Shown here one piece after another: positions 1-9,170 of a stretch of DNA of 64,000 bases. Positions within the stretch are counted from its first letter, which is position 1, and each line of letters opens with the position of its first letter. The position numbers and the translations under genes are program-made. The stretch is from Bdellovibrionales bacterium (GTDB taxonomy: Bacteria; Bdellovibrionota; Bdellovibrionia; Bdellovibrionales; JAUICD01): NCBI GenBank assembly GCA_965197425.1, contig CBDANC010000012.1, forward strand, positions 32,001-96,000. Reading direction: 5' to 3'. Under the pieces are notes generated by a model. It was not told the origin of the DNA. It did not search any database and saw only the letters and a program-made list of their open reading frames with translations.

Positions 1-558
1 CATGGTGCTAATGCTGGCAATACTGCTATAGTTAAACTTTTGTCGCTTAATCCAGAAGTTGATATTAACGAGCAAGATGGATATGGCTACTCTGCTCTTA
101 CTTGGGCAGCTATAGAAAGTAGCTACAATGCTATTAATATTTTATTAGAAGCGCATGAAAGACCTGATCCAAATGTAAGAGACATGAATGGTAGAACACC
201 ACTTATTTGGTCAATTTTTGCACAATATATAGAGAAGAATCAAAATAGCACTGGAGCAATACAAGCATTATTAAACGCTCCAGGAGTGGATGTAAATGCA
301 AATGATAATATCATGGGCTGGAACGCTCTAATGTATGCTGTTCGTCTTCCTGGAAAGGGAGCTGACCCTAATGTTGTAGACGATAGATATACTAATGAAA
401 GACTAGATTTAGTAGAACTTTTGGTAAAAAGCGGCGCGGATATAGGAGATCAAGATTCATCAGGCTTCACTGCATATGACTGGGCAAGAGCTTATAATAA
501 AAGCTCAGAAATGCAAAACCTTCTAAGTAGAAGACCAAGAGTGGTAGCAGATCAGTAA
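1..558 (+). CDS. Ankyrin-repeat protein, 5'-partial
   Basis: Frame 1 is open from base 1. Repeated ankyrin-like units: GYSALTWAA, GRTPLIWSI, GWNALMYAV, GFTAYDWA, with DINEQD/DPNVRD/DVNAND linkers. Confidence 0.9.
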   Translation, partial: HGANAGNTAIVKLLSLNPEVDINEQDGYGYSALTWAAIESSYNAINILLEAHERPDPNVRDMNGRTPLIWSIFAQYIEKNQNSTGAIQALLNAPGVDVNANDNIMGWNALMYAVRLPGKGADPNVVDDRYTNERLDLVELLVKSGADIGDQDSSGFTAYDWARAYNKSSEMQNLLSRRPRVVADQ

Positions 559-610
559 ACACCGCCTTGCTACTCGCACAGGCCTTTGATTTTGAATCGA
601 AAGTAAAAAG

Positions 611-695
611 TGGTGCGGGCGGAGGGACTTGAACCCCCATGCCGTAAAGCACTAGATCCTAAGTCTAGCGTGTCTGCCAATTTCACCACGCCCGC
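611..695 (-). tRNA. tRNA-Leu(TAG)
   Basis: Reverse complement GCGGGCGTGGTGAAATTGGCAGACACGCTAGACTTAGGATCTAG...GTTCAAGTCCCTCCGCCCGCACCA. Long variable arm and encoded CCA. Confidence 0.97.
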
Positions 696-698
696 TCA

Positions 699-1082
699 TT
701 ATGACTCTTCAACTAATTTTTTGTACTCTTTAGCTTTCAACAGTGAAGCTAATTCCCTTTCATTGTCCATTTCAATTCTAATAAGCCAACCATCATTCAT
801 TGGATCTTCATTCAAAATACCAGGCTCATCAATAATAGAGGTATTGACTTCCACAACAGTTCCAGTAACCGGGGCGTAGAGATCATTAGCAGCTTTTACA
901 CTCTCAATTGAACCAAAAGAATCATTTTGAGCTAACTTCTGACCTTCATCAGGTAAATCAACATACACTATCTCACCCATTTGATCCTGGGCAAAATCAG
1001 TTATACCAACAGTTACAATGTTCTCATCAACACTGGCCCACTCATGCTCTTTCGTATAATAAAAACTATCCACAATTGACAC
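699..1082 (-). CDS. gcvH: Glycine cleavage system H protein
   Basis: YTKEHEW, VGITDFAQ and lipoyl motif ESVKA; adjacent to gcvT. Confidence 0.97.
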   Translation of the reverse strand: MSIVDSFYYTKEHEWASVDENIVTVGITDFAQDQMGEIVYVDLPDEGQKLAQNDSFGSIESVKAANDLYAPVTGTVVEVNTSIIDEPGILNEDPMNDGWLIRIEMDNERELASLLKAKEYKKLVEES

Positions 1083-1209
1083 AAATCCTCCAATAAAAAC
1101 TAATTTCTAAGCCCTACACTTCTAAGGCTATTAAATTGCTTTGTCTACCTATTTTTGTTCCAAACCAAAAACCCCAGCTACACTAACAGTACTAAACTTA
1201 CATTGTTTA

Positions 1210-2265
1210 CTAATTTTTATTGGTTGTTACAAATGGAGTAGGAACAATTTTTGCCTTTTTAAAAGAGTTTCTAATTTTGCAGTATATAATACTGCCTTCG
1301 CTGCTAAAATGCTCTAAGACATATCCCACACCTATAGGAGTACTTAAACTAGGCGAAAATGTTCCACTAGTAACAACACCTATTTTTTCTTCATCTAAAG
1401 ATGATAATTCATAACCTTTTCTAGGAATACCACCTTCTACCTTAAACCCTACAAATCTTTTCGTTAGACCATAAGTTTTTATATCCAACAAAGCATCCTT
1501 TCCAATAAAGTCCTTACCAAACTTCACCGCAAAATTGAGGCCAGCCTCAATGGGATTAGTTGTTTCATCAATATCATTCCCATACAAAGGGTATTTCATT
1601 TCAAGTCTCAAAGTATCCCTAGCACCAAGTCCACAAGGCTTTGCTCCTAAAGCAATACATCTGTCCCAAAACTCTGTAATTTCAGCACTTGAAACAAAAA
1701 CTTCAAGCCCATTCTCACCAGTGTAACCAGTTCTAGCTATCAACATACCATCTATTTCAATAAACCTAAAAGGCTTCAAACTAACTAAACTTGCATCAAA
1801 TAATTTACAAGCTAACTCTATAGACCTTGGGCCTTGAAGAGCAATTTGTGCATAGTGCTTGCTTCTATCTTCTATGAAAGTGTTGTTGTTATGCTTTAAT
1901 ACCCATTTTAAAATCTTGTCTTTATTGACTGCATTAGTACAGACCATATATGAGTCCTTGAGGCGGTATACTATTACATCATCTAAAATTCCACCTTGGT
2001 TGTTGGTTATGAAAGAATACTGAGCCATCCCAACTTCGAGTTTAGATACATCATTGGTGGTTAAATAGTTTAGCAAAGCAAGTGCCTTATCACCTTCAAA
2101 GAAAATTTCACCCATGTGAGATACATCAAATATACCTACATTTGATCTTACATTATTATGCTCATGCCTTATACCTTGCTTGTATTCAATAGGAAGTACC
2201 CATCCACAAAAATCTACCATTTTTGCGCCTAATGATTTGTGTTTTTCATATAGAGGAGTTTTCAT
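1210..2265 (-). CDS. gcvT: Glycine cleavage aminomethyltransferase T
   Basis: KTPLY, FDVSHMGE, RTGYTGE, GLGARDTLRLE motifs. Confidence 0.97.
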   Translation of the reverse strand: MKTPLYEKHKSLGAKMVDFCGWVLPIEYKQGIRHEHNNVRSNVGIFDVSHMGEIFFEGDKALALLNYLTTNDVSKLEVGMAQYSFITNNQGGILDDVIVYRLKDSYMVCTNAVNKDKILKWVLKHNNNTFIEDRSKHYAQIALQGPRSIELACKLFDASLVSLKPFRFIEIDGMLIARTGYTGENGLEVFVSSAEITEFWDRCIALGAKPCGLGARDTLRLEMKYPLYGNDIDETTNPIEAGLNFAVKFGKDFIGKDALLDIKTYGLTKRFVGFKVEGGIPRKGYELSSLDEEKIGVVTSGTFSPSLSTPIGVGYVLEHFSSEGSIIYCKIRNSFKKAKIVPTPFVTTNKN

Positions 2266-3101
2266 CTATTATCTTTTATCTGACTTGCCAAATATAGTGT
2301 GTTTTGCATAAGCATTGTAACAGTCATAGGACCAACACCTCCAGGAACAGGAGTTAGAGCATATACATGTAAATTTTCAGTTTGCACGTCCCCACATATA
2401 CCTTCTCCATCTCTATGTATCCCTACATCCACTACAGTTGCAGATTTCTTAAAAGCAGATTTGCCAAAAAATCTTTTCTTGCCAGCAGCCACTATCACAA
2501 TATCTCCCTTAGTTGTATAACCTTCCAAATCTTTAGTTTTAGAATGGCACACAGTTACCGTGGCATTTTTATCTAATAAAAGTTTAAACATAGGTTTTCC
2601 TACAATATTACTCCGACCCACAATAACAGCATGCTTTCCAGCTATTGGAATTTTATAATACTCTAACAAAGCTATTATTCCTTCTGGAGTACAAGGAGAT
2701 AACATATGATCCCCTGCAAATACTCTGCCCATGTTCTCATACCCAAAACAATCTACGTCTTTCTTAGAAGAAATTTTACTGATTACTTTAGATTGTTCCA
2801 ATCCATCATAAAGCGGTAGTTGCACTAAAATAGCATGTGTGTCGCTATCAAGATTTAGATCATCTATCAAATTTAAAATTTTATTTTGGTTATTTTCTAC
2901 CTTATAAACTGATGTATGAATACCCAGATTGTTAGATGTCTTTACTTTATTCTCTATATATATACTACTGGCCTCATTATTGTTTGCATGTATTATTGCA
3001 AGCTTTGGGGGTTTATTATGCCTTTTTTTAAATGAATCTACTCCACTTTTGATCTTCTCTTGCATAAGAGTAGCTAATTTTTTTCCATCCAAAATTATCA
3101 T
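2262..3101 (-). CDS. folD: Methylenetetrahydrofolate dehydrogenase/cyclohydrolase
   Basis: ILVQLPL, KDVD, PCTP, GRSNIVGKP, TPVPGGVGPMT motifs. Confidence 0.97.
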   Translation of the reverse strand: MIILDGKKLATLMQEKIKSGVDSFKKRHNKPPKLAIIHANNNEASSIYIENKVKTSNNLGIHTSVYKVENNQNKILNLIDDLNLDSDTHAILVQLPLYDGLEQSKVISKISSKKDVDCFGYENMGRVFAGDHMLSPCTPEGIIALLEYYKIPIAGKHAVIVGRSNIVGKPMFKLLLDKNATVTVCHSKTKDLEGYTTKGDIVIVAAGKKRFFGKSAFKKSATVVDVGIHRDGEGICGDVQTENLHVYALTPVPGGVGPMTVTMLMQNTLYLASQIKDNR

Positions 3102-3102
3102 A

Positions 3103-4743
3103 TCAATCCTTCAAATGAAATATTTTTTCAAAGTAAGTGCCCCTACCCTTTTCTGAGCGATTAAGCACAGGTCTTTTATATATATTTACTATTTTCATAC
3201 CAGAAAGTTCAGCTATTCTGGGATATAACTCATACTTATCATTTGCAACAATAAATATATTAAAATCTCTGGCTAAATATTTTTTAGAGTTTTGTAGTGT
3301 TTTTGCAATAGATTTTACATAAGATAGCCTTGCCATAGAGCTCTGCCCCTTTGCTAAAGACCCTATTTCCAACTCATCAGCTCTTTTATATTTAAAAAGA
3401 TCATATGCATAGGCATGTTGATTGTGATAGTCAATTAATCCAACATAAGGTGGACTGGTAAAAATACCTTTTATCTTTTTAGTTTTTAAAAGCTTTAAAA
3501 TAAATTCGTCTGCTTTTTTTAAACTAGTAATTAAATTTATTTTTTTTGAATCACCTTTTAAACACACTTGTTTTGTTTTAGTGCGTTTAGAGTTAAACTC
3601 TTGAATTCTGGCCAAAGTATCATGGCTATATCTATTCCACCAAGACCAAATAGAAAATAAGGGCTTGCAAATTTTGCCGTGCTTTTTACAGTAGTAAGGT
3701 GTTGTTATGGGATGTTTTAATGTAGCTAAATCAGAGTGAGTTGTTGCCCTACAAGATCTGACAGCTCTACTTAATACAATTTCTAAAAGTTGTTTTGTTT
3801 CTTTGTTCTTAATATGCTGTATTTTATCTAAGATAAAATACATATCATCTCTTATAGGTTGCAAAAACCACTTACCTATAAAACTATCAGATTCAGATTG
3901 ATTTAGTTTAATGGAGTATTTTTCTATTAAATTTTTATAAGCAAAAATAAATTCTTTTTCTTTTTTCTTGGAATATTGCTCTTCATCTATTTTTTCTATT
4001 CTAACTTTTCTTTTAAATTCCGGAGTAGGAAAGTTGGTTTTATTAAAAGCATTTAACTCTTTTACCAGGGCTTTTTCAAATTCAATAATAGATAAATTTA
4101 ATTTTCTTTTCAAAAACAAGGAGTTAATTTTATTAAATTCGTTTTGTAATTCAGGTAAGTTATACTTGCGGGTTTTAGCATTAGCAATGTTTGTATTAAA
4201 GATAGAGATATCAATACCTATCGCATGGATCCCTAATTCATTGGCTTGTACAAGTGTTGTCCCGCTGCCACAAAATGGATCTAATACAATATCTCCTGGC
4301 TTAAAAAAAACTTCCTTTTTGAACTTGTCTGTTTTGTTATCTAAAAAGTATTCTACTAATTGAGGAATAAATTTTCCTTTATAAGGGTGGAGTCTGTGTA
4401 CATGTTTTGTTGTATCTTTTTCTCTTAAAAAATCAAAAGAAAGGTTCCAATTTAGATCATTTCCAAGCTTCTTTTGCCAATCTATTTTTTTGTTCTTAAC
4501 AAAATTTTTATAGTAATTTAAAAGTTCAATTTTGCTAACAAAAGTTATTTTATTTTTATAATATTTTTTTATTCTTCCATACTGAATTAAATATGAGATA
4601 TTAGAATCAGTTACTTTTTTATTTAGATATTTTGAAGCCCATAAACTTGCTTGATGTATAGTAAGCAAGTTTTTATCTTCCGAAAAATATATTCTCTTTT
4701 TCGAAGAAAATGCCGTTGAATTATCTACTTGTCTTGTGGTCAT
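3103..4743 (-). CDS. Site-specific DNA amino-methyltransferase (probably N4-cytosine), with possible N-terminal HTH; no cognate endonuclease seen
   Basis: HRLHPYKGKFIPQL, SAM-binding motif DPFCGSGTT and catalytic motif TSPPY near the C-terminus. Confidence 0.88.
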   Translation of the reverse strand: MTTRQVDNSTAFSSKKRIYFSEDKNLLTIHQASLWASKYLNKKVTDSNISYLIQYGRIKKYYKNKITFVSKIELLNYYKNFVKNKKIDWQKKLGNDLNWNLSFDFLREKDTTKHVHRLHPYKGKFIPQLVEYFLDNKTDKFKKEVFFKPGDIVLDPFCGSGTTLVQANELGIHAIGIDISIFNTNIANAKTRKYNLPELQNEFNKINSLFLKRKLNLSIIEFEKALVKELNAFNKTNFPTPEFKRKVRIEKIDEEQYSKKKEKEFIFAYKNLIEKYSIKLNQSESDSFIGKWFLQPIRDDMYFILDKIQHIKNKETKQLLEIVLSRAVRSCRATTHSDLATLKHPITTPYYCKKHGKICKPLFSIWSWWNRYSHDTLARIQEFNSKRTKTKQVCLKGDSKKINLITSLKKADEFILKLLKTKKIKGIFTSPPYVGLIDYHNQHAYAYDLFKYKRADELEIGSLAKGQSSMARLSYVKSIAKTLQNSKKYLARDFNIFIVANDKYELYPRIAELSGMKIVNIYKRPVLNRSEKGRGTYFEKIFHLKD

Positions 4744-4896
4744 TTAGTCCTTTTTGTATTCTCTATAATAACTTTTAACAAACCAAATTGAACTACCACT
4801 ATATTTATTAGGTCAACACCTCTATAAATTGCCTATTATTTAAGCATAAAGATTAGTTATTTGCACTGTTTTTAAAAATAGTATAGTTAAGGTTGC

Positions 4897-5097
4897 ATGG
4901 CTGGTGTTTGGTATTCTAAGAAGAAAAATAGGGTTGAGTTCAATAACCCGGATAGCGTTCCAACTACGCTTAAAAAATTTAAACAATCAGCAGGAGTTGA
5001 AGCTCTGTATCAATTTATATATGAGAATAATATCAGAAGAGAGTTTTTTTCAACTTTAAACAAATTGTATAAGCTAAAAAAATATAAAAAAAAGTAA
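4897..5097 (+). CDS. Small hypothetical protein
   Basis: 66-aa ORF with ATG, filling the gap upstream of the pilin cluster. Confidence 0.6.
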   Translation: MAGVWYSKKKNRVEFNNPDSVPTTLKKFKQSAGVEALYQFIYENNIRREFFSTLNKLYKLKKYKKK

Positions 5098-5225
5098 CCT
5101 AAGCAAAATTCAATGCCTTACGTTTCCTATTTTAAATCCTGACTTACAATACTGACTGTAGAAGTTAAAGCAGTTCAACTTTTAAACTGTATCTAGTTTA
5201 AAACCTATTTAATTTCACTTCAAAC

Positions 5226-5241
5226 CTGGCATGATCTTTGT
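5226..5241 (+). promoter_or_regulatory. Putative sigma-54 (-24/-12) promoter of the Flp/Tad-like cluster
   Basis: CTGGCATGATCTTTGT matches TGGCA-N6-TTGC except for the last base, about 20 nt upstream of an AGGAGG RBS. Confidence 0.45.
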
Positions 5242-5277
5242 ACTTTAGATCTATTTTGCCAGGAGGTTTTGCATAAT

Positions 5278-5541
5278 ATGAAGCACAAGAAACAAAAAAA
5301 TTCTGAAAGAGGTCAAGGGTTAGTTGAATACCTAATAATTGTGGCTCTAATGGCTATTGCATCAATAGGAATTATGAAAATAATGGGACAAAATATTCAG
5401 GCTCAGTTTGCAAGAATTACTCATGCACTAAGAGGTGAAAATAAAAAACCAAGATTACAAGATATTAATCGAGGATCTTATAAACAAAAGGATTTAAGTA
5501 ACTTTTTTGAAGGAGCTGCAACAAATGCAGGTGATAATTAG
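5278..5541 (+). CDS. Flp family type IVb pilin
   Basis: ERG|QGLVEYLIIVALMAIA: prepilin cleavage site with EY at +5/+6, then a hydrophobic helix. AGGAGG RBS; the alternative start is TTG at 5269. Confidence 0.85.
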   Translation: MKHKKQKNSERGQGLVEYLIIVALMAIASIGIMKIMGQNIQAQFARITHALRGENKKPRLQDINRGSYKQKDLSNFFEGAATNAGDN

Positions 5542-5860
5542 ATCGAATAAAGGTCAGGTTACAACAGAAATTTTAATTTCTCTTCCTATAGTTTTATTTT
5601 TAGCTTTGTCTGGGATATATGTAATGTTAGCGTTGCAATCAAAACTTTGGCTTAAACACTACGCATATGAGTATGCTGTTTGTGTACATTATCAAAAACC
5701 TAGATGCAAAAAAGATAATGTCTATATCATAAAAAAACTTTTTCCATATTTAAGCAATATAAAATCCAATGTTACTAAGCTAGGCAATAGGACTATTGCC
5801 AAGATAACCGCTGAATGTTTCGGTAAAAAGCTAGTAGAACAAGGGGTTTTTAATGAATAA
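5525..5860 (+). CDS. TadE-like pseudopilin
   Basis: NKG|QVTTEILISLPIVLFL prepilin-like N-terminus. Confidence 0.7.
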   Translation: MQVIIRSNKGQVTTEILISLPIVLFLALSGIYVMLALQSKLWLKHYAYEYAVCVHYQKPRCKKDNVYIIKKLFPYLSNIKSNVTKLGNRTIAKITAECFGKKLVEQGVFNE

Positions 5861-6551
5861 GCCAAAAAGAAACAACAGAAATCAAGAAAGAGGAAGTTTT
5901 CTTATTTTGTTTTTATTTGTGGGCACTATTTTTATTGGCATTTTGAGTACCGTTTCTGCTTCTGGATTATATTTGAAACAAAAAACACAAACTCTTACTA
6001 CATGCAGATCAAAACTTGTAAACATTCAAAATAATATGAAAAATAATCTTACATCTCTCATGGCTTTAAATTTTAAGGCAAAGTCTTTAAGGACATCGTA
6101 TAGCCTGACTAATGTAGCTTATAGAACAGCTATAGCAACCGGACAACTTGTACACGCTGCTAGCCTTAAGGCTATTTTGGAAGGCATCAAAAAAGCACAA
6201 AGAATTTTACAGTTAAAACAAAAAACAATTTTAAGTGCTGCCTATTTAAATTCTGTAACCCAACTTTCAGGTCTTAAAACTACAATATCAATTGATGTTA
6301 AGGTTAAAACAGCTCCATTTGCAAAAAAATTAGCTATAAGAAAAGTTGACGCCCATTCTATTACCCCTTCCTACTACCCTGCTTACAATTTTATTGAGAA
6401 ACAAAAAATTACAGTTGCTTGGGAGGAAGATCCAATAAAGAGAATCCCACAGTTTATAAGAAAAATATTTGGAAGAATTTCAGTGGTTGGAGAAAGTTGT
6501 GCAGCTAGTTTAAAACAAGAAGGATCAAGATGGAGAAGCGTTTTAATTTAA
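5853..6551 (+). CDS. TadG-like pilin-associated protein
   Basis: ERG|SFLILFLFVG N-terminus; overlaps its neighbours in an operon. Confidence 0.6.
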   Translation: MNKPKRNNRNQERGSFLILFLFVGTIFIGILSTVSASGLYLKQKTQTLTTCRSKLVNIQNNMKNNLTSLMALNFKAKSLRTSYSLTNVAYRTAIATGQLVHAASLKAILEGIKKAQRILQLKQKTILSAAYLNSVTQLSGLKTTISIDVKVKTAPFAKKLAIRKVDAHSITPSYYPAYNFIEKQKITVAWEEDPIKRIPQFIRKIFGRISVVGESCAASLKQEGSRWRSVLI

Positions 6552-6679
6552 ATAAGAAAGGACAGGGATTAATAGAATTTATGATTATCTCTTTTTTAAT
6601 GGCAATGATAATACATGCAACATTCAATGTATATCAAAAGTCATATGAAGTAATGGAAGAAAAGCAGTGGAACAATTAA
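6530..6679 (+). CDS. 49-aa pseudopilin-like protein (missing from the ORF track)
   Basis: MEKRFNLNKKG|QGLIEFMIISFLMAMIIHATFNVYQKSYEVMEEKQWNN, with a GAAGGA RBS upstream. Confidence 0.7.
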   Translation: MEKRFNLNKKGQGLIEFMIISFLMAMIIHATFNVYQKSYEVMEEKQWNN

Positions 6680-6722
6680 CTTTTTAACATAAAGGTAACA
6701 GAAATTTTAAAAAGGATATAAA

Positions 6723-7196
6723 TTGGAGCTATTAAAAGTTTTACTTTCAAAAAAATTAACATCCTTATTGTTGCTTAGTTTAGGCTTAACAGCATTAGCT
6801 ATAGCAATCAAAAGTTTTACTAATAAACCATTAGAGGCTAATGAAACTGAGATTACCTTAACAGCAGATACATTTATCCCGCCTGGATATGTCTTAATTC
6901 CTATCACAGTTTCAAATTATGATTCTTTAAACGGACTAGTAGATCAATTTGCCGTAGTTAATTTATACACCACTTATCAAGAAACAAATAAAACCCCTAA
7001 GCTAGTAGCCGGCTCTGTTAAACTAATAAAATCCTCTGTCGATTCTAATCATTTTGCAGTTTTAATTAAAAAAAATGACTCGTTTTCCATAATAAAACAA
7101 AATCAAGAATTTTTTGTAACAATACAAAACCCAAAACATAGTGAGAAAGTAAAAGTTTTAAAAGAACATCCCAATAGGATTCAATATTTAGATTAG
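6723..7196 (+). CDS. Membrane-anchored protein, possibly RcpC/CpaB-like
   Basis: N-terminal TM helix followed by IPPGYVLIPITV...LVDQFAVVNLY; located in the pilin operon. Confidence 0.5.
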   Translation: MELLKVLLSKKLTSLLLLSLGLTALAIAIKSFTNKPLEANETEITLTADTFIPPGYVLIPITVSNYDSLNGLVDQFAVVNLYTTYQETNKTPKLVAGSVKLIKSSVDSNHFAVLIKKNDSFSIIKQNQEFFVTIQNPKHSEKVKVLKEHPNRIQYLD

Positions 7197-7208
7197 AAAG
7201 GAGATATC

Positions 7209-8090
7209 ATGTTTAATATTTTGTTTTATTTAATTATTAAAATTTTATATTCATATCCAGTTTTTGCTTTAGAAGTAAATAACACCATAGAAAATGGAAT
7301 TACTAATGAAGAGGTTAAAGAAAGTATTTTTTATGATGAATCAGAATTTCATAATCGTCTACATCGTTTACTTATCACAAGTCACAAGCAATATTTAGAT
7401 AATGAATTTGAAAAAGCAATAGATACTTTAAAAGAGATTGTCGATCTAAGACTAGTGTATGATTGGAGATCTGATAAGAGAGCTGTTATAGCAAATTCAT
7501 ATATCAGGCTTATTGAATTAGATAGAGACAACCAGGACAGTTGGGTAAGAGAGTTTGTATCATTCAATGGTACTAATGGAGTTGATAGTGACTCCATTTT
7601 TGATCCCAAAATAATAAAAAAGATAAACTCAAAAGCTAAAAAAATAAAAAAAGAAATGATAAAATGGTATGCAGAAAACCTGCCTGATAATGTTGACTAT
7701 GTGAGAATTAACGGTGAAAAAGTTTATTTAATTGATGTAGCATACGACATACTAGAGGATGCTACTTATAGAATAACATTATTTTTTAAAAACGGTGATG
7801 CACAAACCAGGGTGTTAACTGGTCTAGAATTACTAAATTATAACTGGAATAATAACAAATTTAACGTAGAGTCCAAGTCAGATATTACACAAAGCATTCC
7901 AACAATGGTAAAAGCGTCGGATTCAAATGATATAACACCTAAGCTTTATAATGGTGATGTAGATAAATTTGGTCAGTTTGTAAAAAAGAATTGGAAAATG
8001 CTCACTTTCTACAGTGTTGTGGCAGTAGTTTTAACCAAGACTCTTACGTCTAACAAAGAGTCTAGACCCTCTTATGAAACTAGGTTATAG
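7209..8090 (+). CDS. Hypothetical exported protein
   Basis: 293-aa ORF with GGAG RBS, signal-like N-terminus ending VFA and a C-terminal hydrophobic segment. Confidence 0.7.
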   Translation: MFNILFYLIIKILYSYPVFALEVNNTIENGITNEEVKESIFYDESEFHNRLHRLLITSHKQYLDNEFEKAIDTLKEIVDLRLVYDWRSDKRAVIANSYIRLIELDRDNQDSWVREFVSFNGTNGVDSDSIFDPKIIKKINSKAKKIKKEMIKWYAENLPDNVDYVRINGEKVYLIDVAYDILEDATYRITLFFKNGDAQTRVLTGLELLNYNWNNNKFNVESKSDITQSIPTMVKASDSNDITPKLYNGDVDKFGQFVKKNWKMLTFYSVVAVVLTKTLTSNKESRPSYETRL

Positions 8091-8171
8091 CATGTTACAT
8101 GCTTTGTAATTTCCAAAACCTCTGTTTAGTATAAAGAGATTTCTTGACTTTATAGGCCTGGTATTTAACCA

Positions 8172-9137
8172 TTGCTTGGCTTGGAACATAGATTTATAAA
8201 AAATTTAAAAGAAAATGACTTAGTTCAAGGTGTTTACCTTGTAAATCAAGCTACTTTACTTAAAAGTAAAGCAGGTAGTTTATATATCTCGGCTGTACTT
8301 TGTGACAAAACAGGTAGCATAGACGCCAGAATGTGGGATGCTAACAATGAACTAAAAAACAAAATAAATGCTGGAGAATTTGTTAAATTAAAAGGACAAG
8401 TTAAAGTTTATAGAGAATCAAACCAAATTATAATTCAAAATATAGAAACTGTAGATGAAACTAAGATTGATATAACAGACTACCTTCCCACAGCTAACAG
8501 AAATTTGCAAGATATGTATGATGAGCTTATTAGTATTGTAAATACAATAAACGACACCTTTATAAAAACTCTGTTATTAAATACACTAGAAGATGAAACT
8601 ATAAAACCTCACTTTATGCGAGTTCCAGCTGCAAAAAGCATTCACCATGCTTATATCGGGGGTTTACTGGAGCATGTATTGAGCATATGTAATCTTATGC
8701 TTAAAATAAGTGATCACTATAAAATTTTAAATAAAGATTTATTATTATTTGGAGCTATTTATCATGATATTGGCAAAGTATGGGAACTTTCATACAAAAC
8801 ACAATTTCAATACACAGATGTGGGAAGACTTGTAGGGCATATTACCTTAGCCTCTGAACTCATTGAAAAGAAATCTTCAGAAATTAAGGAGTTTCCAGAA
8901 AAACTAAAAAATATTTTAAAGCATATTGTATTAAGCCATCATGGAAAACTGGAGTTTGGATCACCAAAGAGACCAAAATTTTTAGAGGCATTTGTGTTGC
9001 ATTATGTTGATGATCTCGATAGTAAAATGTATTCAATAGGTTCTATTATTAAAGATCATAAAGAAAAACAAAATAACTGGACTACTTATTCTGAAATGTA
9101 TGATCGATATTTTTACACAGAAACATATGATACATAA
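8172..9137 (+). CDS. YhaM/Cbf1-family OB-fold HD-domain 3'-5' exoribonuclease
   Basis: DKTGSIDARMW OB fold, PAAKSIHHAYIGGLLEH, HDIGK, SHHGKLEFGSP. Confidence 0.92.
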   Translation: MLGLEHRFIKNLKENDLVQGVYLVNQATLLKSKAGSLYISAVLCDKTGSIDARMWDANNELKNKINAGEFVKLKGQVKVYRESNQIIIQNIETVDETKIDITDYLPTANRNLQDMYDELISIVNTINDTFIKTLLLNTLEDETIKPHFMRVPAAKSIHHAYIGGLLEHVLSICNLMLKISDHYKILNKDLLLFGAIYHDIGKVWELSYKTQFQYTDVGRLVGHITLASELIEKKSSEIKEFPEKLKNILKHIVLSHHGKLEFGSPKRPKFLEAFVLHYVDDLDSKMYSIGSIIKDHKEKQNNWTTYSEMYDRYFYTETYDT

Positions 9138-9170
9138 AAAATATATACAAAAGCTTAATACCAAATTCTA

